Assembly (NCBI GenBank): GCA_964519525.1
Contig: CAZFIN010000001.1
Span: 2,532-66,531, forward strand
Source of the DNA: an uncultured Alistipes sp.
GTDB taxonomy: Bacteria; Bacteroidota; Bacteroidia; Bacteroidales; Rikenellaceae
Length of the DNA stretch: 64,000 nucleotides
Direction: 5' to 3'
The first letter of the stretch is position 1. Every line of letters starts with the position of its first letter. The notes beneath the pieces are model-generated. The model did no database searches. It saw only the letters and a list, made by a program, of their open reading frames with translations, and was not told where the DNA came from. Made by a program: the position numbers and the translations under genes. This document shows, one piece after another, positions 31,074 to 40,771 of the stretch.

Positions 31074-32381
31074 ATGAGACGCATAGCAATCATAATAGCC
31101 GCCCTCCTCGGCGCAGCGGCGGCAGCGGCGCAGAATGCCGACTCGCTGGCCGGAGCATACCTGAACGGCGGCGACTGGTTCGCGCTGCGCAGACTCGCAG
31201 GACAGCGAGGCGACGAGATGGCGCCGTACCTCAAGGTATTCTCCGAGGCGATGATCGGCAGCTATTTCAACCGTCCGCTCGAAGCCAGCGCCGCGATAGA
31301 CCGGCTCACAGGCGAATACGGCGGCATGCTGGGTACGGACAACACGGTGGCGATGACGCTGCAGAACGCCATGAACCTCAGCAAGGCCGGCCGGAACGCG
31401 GAAGCAGCCGGAAAGATGAAGGCGCTGTGCGACAGCGGAGCAGAACTGACTGATGAACAGAGGGCGACACTGAGGGCGCAGCAGAGGCTGTACGAGGGTC
31501 TGGCCCGATTCGTACTGTACGGATCGGAAGGCGGGCGCAGGGAACACACCGTACCGTTCAGGCTCGACTCGATAAACGGTCCCGGCTCCTACATGATAGT
31601 GATGGACGGCGAACTGAACGGCCGAAGGTACGATTTCGTGTTCGACACCGGCGCCGCGGTGAACGTGGTGAGTCCGCGGGTGGCCGAGGAGTGCGGGATG
31701 GAGTTGCTCGACGCCGAGGTGTCGGCCACCGGCATGAACCGGGGCACGGGGCGGGTGGCCATAGCCCGCAGATTCAGGCTGGGAGGAATCGTTTTCGAAA
31801 ACGTGCCGTTCTACGTACTCGACCTCGGAACCGGCAACGAGCAGGCCGACGGGGTTCTGCTAAGGTTGCAGGCGATAGTGGGAATACCGCTGATGGAGCA
31901 CTTCCGCAACATACACATCGACATGAACGGAAAGGTGATGACCATGGCGGAGCGGCCGTTCGCGGACAGCAACGCCGGATGGACGGACATGTGCTCGGTG
32001 AACGGCCACCTGCGGCTGGCAGTGAGGCAGGACGGCGAGGAACTGGCGATGACGATGGACACCGGCAGTCAGGCGAGCAGCTTCTCGCCGCGATACTACG
32101 TGCGCCACGCGCAGCACATAGAGACCGTAGGGACGCGCACGGAGATAGGACTGGCAGGATTCGGCGGTGCGGTAAGGACGGAAGTGGCGCGCATGCCATA
32201 CGCATGTCTGGAGGCAGGCGACCGGATATGCTGTCTGTGCAATGTGGCGGTACACCCGCCCGGCAACAATTCGGGCGACATGTTCAACCAGCTGGACGGG
32301 ATGCTGGGACTCGATTTCTTCCTGCACTTCGGCCACATATACATGAACATGGACGACATGCGGATGGGAGTGGGATACTGA
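31074..32381 (+). CDS. Secreted two-domain retropepsin-like aspartyl protease
   Basis: Signal peptide, FVFDTGA and MDTGS motifs, GMLGLDF. Confidence 0.85.
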   Translation: MRRIAIIIAALLGAAAAAAQNADSLAGAYLNGGDWFALRRLAGQRGDEMAPYLKVFSEAMIGSYFNRPLEASAAIDRLTGEYGGMLGTDNTVAMTLQNAMNLSKAGRNAEAAGKMKALCDSGAELTDEQRATLRAQQRLYEGLARFVLYGSEGGRREHTVPFRLDSINGPGSYMIVMDGELNGRRYDFVFDTGAAVNVVSPRVAEECGMELLDAEVSATGMNRGTGRVAIARRFRLGGIVFENVPFYVLDLGTGNEQADGVLLRLQAIVGIPLMEHFRNIHIDMNGKVMTMAERPFADSNAGWTDMCSVNGHLRLAVRQDGEELAMTMDTGSQASSFSPRYYVRHAQHIETVGTRTEIGLAGFGGAVRTEVARMPYACLEAGDRICCLCNVAVHPPGNNSGDMFNQLDGMLGLDFFLHFGHIYMNMDDMRMGVGY

Positions 32382-32485
32382 CGCGACCGAACGGCGGCGG
32401 GCGGACAAGGTGGCAAGCTGGCAGCAGACGACGGCGGGCGGTTAGCTACAACGGGCGACGGACGACAGCAGGCGGCGGACCGGAC

Positions 32486-32523
32486 AAAAAGCAGGACTGC
32501 CGGACACTGTGTCCGGCAGTCCT
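32486..32523 (-). terminator. Terminator between the convergent protease and clpC genes
   Basis: AGGACTGCCGGACA-CTG-TGTCCGGCAGTCCT with an A-tract on the left. Confidence 0.75.
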
Positions 32524-32584
32524 CTCTTCATTATTCAGGCAGGGTAACTCTTTTAGCACGCCTCCCGCAGCAATGCCGGGACGG

Positions 32585-35038
32585 CTACGCCACGCAGAGC
32601 GTTATGCGCTGGTCGTCGTCGCTGTCGACCGTCACGCGGCCGCCGACCTGCAGTTTCCCGTCGATGATGAGGGCCGAAAGGGGCTCCTCGACCTGATCGA
32701 GCAGCGTGCGGCGCAGCGCCCGCACTCCGTAGCGCGACTCGTAGCCCATCACCGCCAGCCGGTGTCTGGCCCCGGGCGTGACGTCGACCTCGTAACCCAG
32801 ATGCTTGGTGCGCGACAGGATGCTGTCGAGTTCGAGATCAATGATCCGCTCCACATCGTCGACGGTGAGGGTGCGGAAGTAGATGATGTCGTCGATGCGG
32901 TTCAGGAACTCGGGCGCGAAGGTGTACTCAAGCGCCTTGCGGTACTCGGCGTAGGGCGTCACCTCGCAGTTGCTGTCCTTCGAGGGGGTGTTGTAGCCCA
33001 CCTGCACGCTACGTTCGGCCACGGCCCGCGACCCCACGTTCGAGGTGAGGATTATGACCGTATTGCGGAAGTCGACCTTGCGGCCTGCGCCGTCGGTGAG
33101 ATGTCCCTCGTCGAATATCTGCAGCATCGAATTGAACACGTCAGGATGCGCCTTCTCGATCTCGTCGAACAGCACCACTGCATAAGGCTGGCGGCGTACC
33201 GCCTCGGTGAGCTGGCCGCCCTCGCCGTAACCGACATATCCCGGAGGCGAGCCGATCAGACGGGCGACATTGTGCTTCTCGCCGTACTCCGACATGTCGA
33301 TGCGGATGAGCCCGCGCTTCTGGTCGAACAGCCATTTCGAAAGCTCCTTGGCCAGAAGAGTCTTGCCAACGCCGGTAGGACCGACGAAGAGGAACACTCC
33401 GATGGGCCGGCCGGCATCCTTGAGCCCGGCGCGAGAGCGCTGCAATGCCCGCGACACCCGCTGCACGGCCTCGCTCTGTCCGATGACGCGGCCTTCGAGG
33501 TACTCGCCGAGCGAACGCAGACGCTCGGCCTCGCCATGCGACACGCGCTCGGCCGGAATGCCGGTCATGAACGTTATCACGCGCTCGACATCGGCCGCAC
33601 CGATCACGGTCGGGTTGCTACGCATCGTGCGGTGCCACTCGGCCCGCTGCTCGTTAAGACGCGACTTGAGCGCGATCTCCTGCAGGCGCGCGGTGGCCGC
33701 TTTCTCGTAGATGAGGGCGGTGACAGCCTCGCGGCGCTCGCGCTCGACGGTCTGAAGCTGACGCTCGGTCTCGCGTATGCCCTCGGGCTCGTGCGACGCA
33801 CCGATACGGGTGCGGGCGCCGGCCTCGTCGAGCACGTCGATGGCCTTGTCGGGGAAATGGCGGTCGGTTATGTAACGCTCGGTGAGGGTCACGCACGCAC
33901 GCAGGGCCTCCTCGGAATAGCGCACGTTGTGGTACTTCTCGTAGTACGGCGCGATGTTGTGGAGTATCTCAAGCGTCTGTTCGGCCGACGTCGGCTCGAC
34001 CATGACCTTCTGGAACCGGCGCTCGAGAGCCGAATCGCTCTCGATGTTCTCGCGGTACTCGTCGAGCGTGGTGGCACCGATGGTCTGAAGCTCGCCGCGG
34101 GCCAGAGCCGGCTTGAGGATGTTGGCCGTATCGAGGCTGCCCTGCGTGGCCCCCGCCCCCACTATCGTGTGGATCTCGTCGATGAAGATGATGATGTCGT
34201 CGGAGCGGCGCAGTTCGTCAAGCAGCTGCTGCATGCGCTCCTCGAACTCGCCGCGGAACTTGGTTCCGGCGACCAGCGACGCCACGTCGAGCGAATAGAT
34301 GGTCTTGTTGCGTATTGTGTAGGGCACGTCGCCCGAGGCTATGCGCAGGGCCAGCCCCTCGACAATGGCGCTCTTGCCCACCCCGGCCTCGCCGATGAGG
34401 ATGGGATTGTTCTTCTTGCGGCGCGACAGTATCTGTATGACACGGTCGATCTCGGCCTCACGGCCGACAACGGGGTCGATACGGCCCTCGCGGGCCATAC
34501 GGGTGAGATCGGAACCGAACTTTTCGAGCATGGCCGGCACCTTGGCCCCGGCAGCGGCCTCGTCGCTCAGATCGACCACATGGAACCGGATGTCGGGCTG
34601 AGGACCGGCGGCCGAATCGACCATCTCGCCGATAGCGGCGGCAACGGTCTGCGCGCTCACGCCGTAAAGGGCGAGAACCTGCGAAGTGGCCGTCGTGGTG
34701 TCGGCCACGATGTCGAGCATGGCATGTGCGGTGGATATGTGGCGTGCCGACGGATTGTCGGCCAGCAGACGGTCGCGGTACTGCTTCAGGAACTCCTCGG
34801 GCGAGAGAGTCTCGTCGTGCGGCTGAGCCTTCATCAGGTTCTCGACGCGGATCGGCAGCTGGAACATCTCCCAGTCCTTGAGCCGCGACACAAGCGCACG
34901 GTAAGCCATGGTTCCGTCCTCGCGGAGAATTTCCAAGGCGAGATGATCCTTATATGATTTACGTACGTCGGCCTTGGCGAGATCGAAAGTCACCCGGGCG
35001 AACACGGCATCCAGAGTCTTAGAAATCTTATTTCCCAT
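32585..35038 (-). CDS. clpC: ATP-dependent Clp protease ATP-binding subunit (ClpC-type)
   Basis: Two Walker A motifs ([16 protein letters not shown]), UVR-like coiled coil, [18 protein letters not shown]. Confidence 0.92.
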   Translation of the reverse strand: MGNKISKTLDAVFARVTFDLAKADVRKSYKDHLALEILREDGTMAYRALVSRLKDWEMFQLPIRVENLMKAQPHDETLSPEEFLKQYRDRLLADNPSARHISTAHAMLDIVADTTTATSQVLALYGVSAQTVAAAIGEMVDSAAGPQPDIRFHVVDLSDEAAAGAKVPAMLEKFGSDLTRMAREGRIDPVVGREAEIDRVIQILSRRKKNNPILIGEAGVGKSAIVEGLALRIASGDVPYTIRNKTIYSLDVASLVAGTKFRGEFEERMQQLLDELRRSDDIIIFIDEIHTIVGAGATQGSLDTANILKPALARGELQTIGATTLDEYRENIESDSALERRFQKVMVEPTSAEQTLEILHNIAPYYEKYHNVRYSEEALRACVTLTERYITDRHFPDKAIDVLDEAGARTRIGASHEPEGIRETERQLQTVERERREAVTALIYEKAATARLQEIALKSRLNEQRAEWHRTMRSNPTVIGAADVERVITFMTGIPAERVSHGEAERLRSLGEYLEGRVIGQSEAVQRVSRALQRSRAGLKDAGRPIGVFLFVGPTGVGKTLLAKELSKWLFDQKRGLIRIDMSEYGEKHNVARLIGSPPGYVGYGEGGQLTEAVRRQPYAVVLFDEIEKAHPDVFNSMLQIFDEGHLTDGAGRKVDFRNTVIILTSNVGSRAVAERSVQVGYNTPSKDSNCEVTPYAEYRKALEYTFAPEFLNRIDDIIYFRTLTVDDVERIIDLELDSILSRTKHLGYEVDVTPGARHRLAVMGYESRYGVRALRRTLLDQVEEPLSALIIDGKLQVGGRVTVDSDDDQRITLCVA

Positions 35039-35306
35039 ATCAGTCAATTTTTGTCGTTTCGGGTATATAACGCACATTCGGGACGAAATATTATGTTAAA
35101 TAGTCCGGACTCCCTCCCCCGCTACCGCCGGAAGCCGGAATGCGTGACGAGGCCGCGGGCAGCACAGTCGCTGAAGACCACGACACTACGATTAAGATTA
35201 TCGCATGGGATTCAAGGGGTGCCGTCAGGCGGCATTTGCCGTTCCGAATCAGGCATATATTGATACGCAATCGCGTACTTTTAACAAATCTTTAAATCAT
35301 AATCAG

Positions 35307-36509
35307 ATGGCTTCAATAAAAGTAAAGTTCCGCACCCCTACCGCCGCCGGCCGCGAGGGGACGATCTATTATCAGATTCTGCACGGAAAAAGCGTGCGCC
35401 GGATTACGACCGACTATCACCTGTTCGCATCGGAATGGGACGAAAAACGCCGGATGGTGTGCGCAGGCCGGCAAGGCGGACGCAGACCGTCAGTCGCGTC
35501 GATACGCGAACGGATACGCCAGGATGTCGAGCTTCTGACCAAGATAGTCAGAAAACTCGATGACAGCGGGCTGCCGTACTCGGCCGACGACGTGACCGGC
35601 GAATTCAACCGCTGCGCACGCGAACACACGCTGTTCAACTTCATGGAGAGGATAATAGCAAAGCTCAGGCAGAACGGTAGGATCAGAACCTCGGAAACGT
35701 ACAAGACCGCCCTCGACAGTTTCAGAAAGTTCAGGCGGCAGGAGGATATAATGATAGCCTGCATCACGTCGGAGATAATGGAGGATTACGAGGCATGGCA
35801 CCGAAGCCGCGGAGTGATCCCGAACACCATATCGTTCTACATGCGCATACTGCGCGCGGTATACAACCGCGCGGTGGAGCAAGGAATAACCGACAACAGG
35901 AATCCGTTCCGGCACGTGTACACCGGAGTGGACAAGACGGTGAAAAGAGCACTGCCGCTGGCCGCGATAAGAAGGATAAAGACGCTGGGACCGTCGCTCG
36001 CGCCGGCTCTGGACTTCGCGCGCGACATGTTTATGATGAGTTTCTATCTCAGGGGAATGAGCTTCGTGGACATGGTCTATCTGCGCAAGGCCGATTTGGC
36101 GAACGGACATGTGACATACCGCCGCCGAAAGACCGGACAGAGGCTCACGATAGCCTGGACAAAGGAGATGCAGCAGATTATAGACAAATACCCGGAAAAT
36201 CCATCGGACTATCTGCTGCCGATAATCAGGAATGCGGATGCCGACGAGCGCTGCACATACCGGAACGCAAGTTACAGCATCAACAGCAACCTGAAAAAGA
36301 TTGCCGGAATGGCCGGCATAACCATTCCGCTGACACTGTACGTCGCCCGACACAGCTGGGCGTCGGCCGCAAAGGCGAAAGGGATTCCGCTGAGCATAAT
36401 AAGCGAAGGCATGGGACACGACTCGGAAACAACGACACGGATATATCTGGCATCGCTCGAGACATCGGTGGTGGACAAGGCCAATTCGCTGATTCTGGCA
36501 TCGCTTTAG
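35307..36509 (+). CDS. Tyrosine site-specific recombinase/integrase (Bacteroidales type)
   Basis: N-terminal arm-binding-like and SAM-like domains; LRGMSFVD, RRKTG, YVARHSWA, MGHDSETTTRIY (R-K-RH-H-Y residues present). Confidence 0.93.
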   Translation: MASIKVKFRTPTAAGREGTIYYQILHGKSVRRITTDYHLFASEWDEKRRMVCAGRQGGRRPSVASIRERIRQDVELLTKIVRKLDDSGLPYSADDVTGEFNRCAREHTLFNFMERIIAKLRQNGRIRTSETYKTALDSFRKFRRQEDIMIACITSEIMEDYEAWHRSRGVIPNTISFYMRILRAVYNRAVEQGITDNRNPFRHVYTGVDKTVKRALPLAAIRRIKTLGPSLAPALDFARDMFMMSFYLRGMSFVDMVYLRKADLANGHVTYRRRKTGQRLTIAWTKEMQQIIDKYPENPSDYLLPIIRNADADERCTYRNASYSINSNLKKIAGMAGITIPLTLYVARHSWASAAKAKGIPLSIISEGMGHDSETTTRIYLASLETSVVDKANSLILASL

Positions 36510-36557
36510 GGAAGGCGGCGAGGCGGCCGGACCCGCCGCGCCGCGTTTTCGGACCCT

Positions 36558-37490
36558 CTACAATCCCTTGCGGGCGACGATCCACGCCAGCCGGTTATAC
36601 GCGGCAAGCACGGCCGGACGCAGCCGGGGCGGAAGGGAATTGAGGATGCGGACCTTGGTCGCGATGCGCCGCGAGAGACGGTTGTAGGAGAAGAACCCGA
36701 GGGCACGGGCCGCCGCCTCGCTACCGCCTGCGGCGCTCTCGACGAGGGCTTTGCCCAACGCCACGCGGGCCACATACTCGTTGCTCATGGCGTCGGCCGA
36801 CGGATCGTAAAGATCCTCAAGCGAAAACACGCTGCTTTCGGGGCGGTAGATCGACGCCGAGCGGTTGGAGGCCGACCGGGAGTAGATGACGGCCGGCTTC
36901 GGGGAGAAAGCCACAGGAGCCACGCGCGCGATCTTCGTCCACAGATACTGGTCCTCGCCCATGCGCATGCCCTCGGGAAAGCCGCCGAGCGACAGCACGA
37001 GGTCACGCCGCAACACCGCCGCAGACGGGATAAGCACGTAACGGCTCATCGACTCACGGAAGAAATCGACTATGCCCTCGTCGCGCGGAGTGTCGCCCAC
37101 GGTGCGCCGTCCGCGGTCGTCGATACAGAAACCCGAACCGTAGGCCCCGCAGTCGGGCCAGCGCCCGATGAGCGACACGACACCCGCCAGATAGTCGGGA
37201 CGCCACAGGTCGTCGCCGTCGAGCAGTGCGACCCATCGTCCCGAGGCCATGCGTATGGCCCGGTTGCGGGCAGCGCTGACACCGGCATTAGGCTGGCGCA
37301 CGAGCGTGACACGATCGGAGGCCATGCGCTCCACGACATCGGCGCTGCCGTCGGTGGAGCCGTCGTCGACGATTATGATCTCGCGGGGAGCGGCCGTCTG
37401 CTCCAGCACGGAGCGGAGCGTGGCCCCGATCTCGGCCGCCTTGTCGTAGAGCGGTATGACAACCGATATGTCGTCAGAAGTAACATTCAT
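36558..37490 (-). CDS. GT2 glycosyltransferase
   Basis: SVVIPLY, VDDGSTD, NAGVSAARN, LDGDD, GEDQ. Confidence 0.92.
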   Translation of the reverse strand: MNVTSDDISVVIPLYDKAAEIGATLRSVLEQTAAPREIIIVDDGSTDGSADVVERMASDRVTLVRQPNAGVSAARNRAIRMASGRWVALLDGDDLWRPDYLAGVVSLIGRWPDCGAYGSGFCIDDRGRRTVGDTPRDEGIVDFFRESMSRYVLIPSAAVLRRDLVLSLGGFPEGMRMGEDQYLWTKIARVAPVAFSPKPAVIYSRSASNRSASIYRPESSVFSLEDLYDPSADAMSNEYVARVALGKALVESAAGGSEAAARALGFFSYNRLSRRIATKVRILNSLPPRLRPAVLAAYNRLAWIVARKGL

Positions 37491-37658
37491 AAGCTGTGCG
37501 TAATGTCAGCGACGGACCGCAGCGGAAACGACGGCCGGAGAACGCTCCGCATGCAGACGGCAAAGGAGTGCCCGGACGGCCGGCAAATACGGTGCGGCGG
37601 CAGTCGCTATTTGCAAATGTAACCATATTTCATTAGTTTTGCAAAAGCACAACGCAAT

Positions 37659-38546
37659 ATGCGACTATCGGAAAAGATAATAAAGATTCTGCGCGACACG
37701 TTCGACACGGCGCTGTTCTTCGCCACGATGGCTGCGAAGGAGGATTTCCGCAACCATGTGGCCCGCGCAGGAGCCGAAGGAATGAATCCGTCGCGCCGGC
37801 TCGCCGTGCTGGGAAACGGCCCGTCGCTGCGCGGCCAGATGCAGCAGATCGTCGAAGACCGCGAATGGGAACGGACGGACATGATGGCCGTAAATTTCTT
37901 CGCGCTCGGCGATGAGTTCACCGTAATCAAGCCGAAATACTACGTTCTGTCGGACCCGCAGTTCTTCCGCAATGCCGGACGCAGCCAACGCGTGGAGGCA
38001 CTTTACCGCGCGCTCGGCGAGAAGGTCGACTGGCCCATGACGCTGTACGTGCAGTTCTACAATCCCGAGCGGTTCGATTACGGCGCGGCTGTGGGACACA
38101 ATCCCGCAATCAGAACAGTGCGGTTTCACACCACCGTATTTCACGGTTTCCGGTCGGTGGAGTTCTGGTGCTACCGGCACGGGCTGGGGTCGGGAAACTT
38201 CGGCACCGTGGTGCAGAACGGCGAGTTCATCGGACTGCTGCTGGGTTACCGGCACATAGACCTTTACGGCGTGGACCATACACTGCTCGACGGACTCACG
38301 GTCGACGACGCCAACCGTCTGTGCCGCGTGCAGAGCCACTATTACGATTCGGCGCCCGCAGCGCCCGAACCGATATTCGTAAACGCGACCGATCCGCCGC
38401 GCCCCTACACCATGTACACGTATCTGGCCGAAACGGCCGAACTGTTCCGCGGGCACGAGGTGTTGCGCGACTACGCACGGTCGATAGGCGCACGCATAGT
38501 CAACCGCACGCGCGGCTCGATGATAGACGCCTACGAAAGGGAATAA
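37659..38546 (+). CDS. Maf/CstII-like putative nonulosonic-acid transferase-fold protein
   Basis: VLGNGPSL, AVNFF, KPKYYVLSDP, GYRHIDLYGVDH, HYYD, SMIDAY. Confidence 0.55.
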   Translation: MRLSEKIIKILRDTFDTALFFATMAAKEDFRNHVARAGAEGMNPSRRLAVLGNGPSLRGQMQQIVEDREWERTDMMAVNFFALGDEFTVIKPKYYVLSDPQFFRNAGRSQRVEALYRALGEKVDWPMTLYVQFYNPERFDYGAAVGHNPAIRTVRFHTTVFHGFRSVEFWCYRHGLGSGNFGTVVQNGEFIGLLLGYRHIDLYGVDHTLLDGLTVDDANRLCRVQSHYYDSAPAAPEPIFVNATDPPRPYTMYTYLAETAELFRGHEVLRDYARSIGARIVNRTRGSMIDAYERE

Positions 38547-38706
38547 TGCTTTAGACAAGCCGAGGGCGGAGGCTGAACACTGTTCGAGCTATGCCGAGGC
38601 GAGAAAATAACGGTTAAAGAACAAATGTTTTCGATAAGCCGAGGACTGAGCCGAACGTAATTAGGCCTCTGCCGAGGCGAGAAAACGACTGTTGTAAAAC
38701 GAACGT
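38545..38706 (+). repeat. Two tandem copies of an ~80-bp intergenic repeat
   Basis: AAGCCGAG...GAAC-n3-GTTCG...TGCCGAGGCGAGAAAA core repeated at ~79-bp spacing. Confidence 0.85.
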
Positions 38707-38716
38707 TTCTTCAATT

Positions 38717-39256
38717 ATGGATTTTTCGGAATTGACAAAAGTTCGCCAAAGCGACCGCCGGTACCTCACACGACCGGTGGAGGAGGAGAAAATCGCACAG
38801 TGCATAGAGGCCGCACGGCTGGCCCCGTCGGCATGCAACTCGCAGCCGTGGCACTTCATCGTAGTAGACGATCCCGATCTGCGCAGCAAGGTGGCCGATG
38901 CGGCAGCATACATGGGCATGAACGCATTCGCAAGGCAGGCCCCTGTGATCGTGGCCGTCGTGCTGGAAAAGATGAACACGCTGGCATACATAGGCAGTGT
39001 TATCCGCGACAAGGAGTTCTCGCTGCTCGACATAGGAATAGCTGCCAGCCACTTCATATGTCAGGCCGCCGACCTTGGGCTGGGTACATGCCTCATAGGC
39101 GAATTCAGCGAAAAACGCGTACGGCAGGCACTCGGCATTCCACGCGGCAAACGCATACCGCTGCTTATAACATTGGGTTATCCGGAAGGTTCGACCCGGC
39201 CCAAAGCACGCAAGGACACCGGACGCATGAGCAGCCGGAACAAATATCAAGGCTAA
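38717..39256 (+). CDS. Nitroreductase family protein
   Basis: RQSDRRY, ARLAPSACNSQPWHF, DIGIA, GLGTC, LGYP. Confidence 0.93.
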   Translation: MDFSELTKVRQSDRRYLTRPVEEEKIAQCIEAARLAPSACNSQPWHFIVVDDPDLRSKVADAAAYMGMNAFARQAPVIVAVVLEKMNTLAYIGSVIRDKEFSLLDIGIAASHFICQAADLGLGTCLIGEFSEKRVRQALGIPRGKRIPLLITLGYPEGSTRPKARKDTGRMSSRNKYQG

Positions 39257-39517
39257 TTACTTGATGTCCATGCTCGACCGGAATTTAACGGTTCGGCGCG
39301 CATCGACACGCACCTCCTCGCCGGTGCGCGGATTGCGTCCGACGTGCTCGGCCACATGTACCACCGAAAATATGCCGAAACCCGACACAAGAACCTTTTC
39401 ATCATGCGCCAACGTCTGCTCCACGATTCTCAGCAGAGAATCAATGACCATCCGCACTTCGCCCTTGGGCCGAGACACATCCTCCGCTACAAGATTGATT
39501 AACTGCGATTTATTCAT
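39257..39517 (-). CDS. HU-family DNA-binding protein
   Basis: MNKSQLI, GFGIF, GRNPRTGEEV, VKFR. Confidence 0.9.
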   Translation of the reverse strand: MNKSQLINLVAEDVSRPKGEVRMVIDSLLRIVEQTLAHDEKVLVSGFGIFSVVHVAEHVGRNPRTGEEVRVDARRTVKFRSSMDIK

Positions 39518-39706
39518 AAAATTGAAGTCGTTAGGTTGGTAATATCGGGTTTAATCGAAAACCCGAATACAAAATTAACATTATTTTCGGGACGTCCAAA
39601 TTTACAGCACTTTTTTTCAACTGAAAATGAATGCATTGCCACGTCGGCATAAAAAAAGTATGCGGAATATTTGGTAGAATGGATTTTCTATCCTACTTTT
39701 GTGTCC

Positions 39707-39791
39707 GGAGAGGTGGCAGAGTGGTCGATCGCGGCGGTCTTGAAAACCGTTGAGCTGCGAGGCTCCGGGGGTTCGAATCCCTCTCTCTCCG
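39707..39791 (+). tRNA. tRNA-Ser(TGA)
   Basis: GGAGAGG acceptor stem, anticodon loop CT-TGA-AA, long variable arm, GGTTCGAATCC. Confidence 0.95.
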
Positions 39792-39895
39792 CAAGAAAGC
39801 CTGATTATCAGGCTTTTGTTGTATTAACACCCGATTTTACACCCTGTTCCGGGAGTGAGATTGGGTGTAATTATTTTAATACCTCAAGAAAATAC

Positions 39896-40109
39896 CATAC
39901 TACTCCCAACGATGAGCTGTAAAGAGATGTATGACCTGCACGTAGCAGACCTAAAAAAAAGTAAAGATAAAAGGGAATATCTGCTGCAGAAAGCAGTCAA
40001 AGAATTTAAAAAAGAACGACGATTCCCTGCCATGAGATGGTGCGAACACACTATTTCCTCCACGAACAATGGTAATGATGCAAAAAGTGTCGCCCGGGAC
40101 AAAAGATAA
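39896..40109 (+). pseudogene. Probable truncated 5' fragment of a hypothetical protein
   Basis: Protein-like ILLPTMSCKEMYDLHVAD...KAVKEFKKERRFPAMRWCEHT that ends abruptly. Confidence 0.35.
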
Positions 40110-40208
40110 TGCGGTAATAAGCTATTAATTATGAGATAAATAAGAGATTAGCAGAAAATATTTTCTACCAATCTCTTATTTATAATTACATATAACAAAT
40201 ATTCAGCT

Positions 40209-40346
40209 GGCGAATATTTTGTTCCGCGCGGAAACACCGAACTGGCCGTCGGCGACCGTCTGCTTGTGGTTTCCGACCGCAATGAAACGGAGTTGCAGCA
40301 GATGTACGACGAGCTTGGCATCAAGGAGGTCATGAGACTTCAGTAG
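40209..40346 (+). pseudogene. C-terminal TrkA-C fragment, probably of a K+/H+ antiporter (CvrA-like)
   Basis: GEYFVPRGNTELAVGDRLLVVSD...LQ* with no upstream gene body; GC-rich patch within AT-rich DNA. Confidence 0.6.
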
Positions 40347-40435
40347 CGGCAACATTATATTGCGGGTGTAAGATCCAGATAGCAGTAAAGTTTTGCATCA
40401 TTCTCCATGAATTCGAATGGTGATAAAATTATTAA

Positions 40436-40477
40436 AAATTCCCGCCGGATGCATATTGCATCATTTGGCGGGAATTT
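40436..40477. terminator. Hairpin, probable terminator
   Basis: AAATTCCCGCC...GGCGGGAATTT. Confidence 0.6.
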
Positions 40478-40479
40478 AT

Positions 40480-40562
40480 CGTTCGTTTTTCAACAGTCGT
40501 TTTCTCGCCTCGGCATAGCCCGAACTGCGTTCGGCATCTGCTCTCGGCTTATCGAAAACGTT
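40480..40562 (-). repeat. Third copy of the ~80-bp repeat, inverted
   Basis: Reverse complement: TTTTCGATAAGCCGAG...GCCGAACGCAGTTCGGGCTATGCCGAGGCGAGAAAACGACTGTTGAAAAACGAACG. Confidence 0.85.
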
Positions 40563-40771
40563 CAAGAGGTGCATTTTGCACCGTTACCATATTTCGCTAT
40601 ATAAGATCACGATCATAATATATCATGATTACCGTTCTCATCCAAGAAAGTTTTATTGGCCTCATCTATTTTTCCAGTCAACCTTCCGACACACTATAAA
40701 CAATAGTATTGCCAGTATAAAAAAGCAACCTATGAGCGTGATTAGTAGGATTCCCATATATCAACCTTTAT

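Noticed and set aside
31691-34957. 1088-aa plus-strand ORF
   Set aside because: Antisense shadow of clpC in GC-rich DNA; no recognisable motifs
40407-40604. Small ORFs containing QQSFSRLG (also 38614-39057)
   Set aside because: Translations of the ~80-bp repeat, not supported as genes
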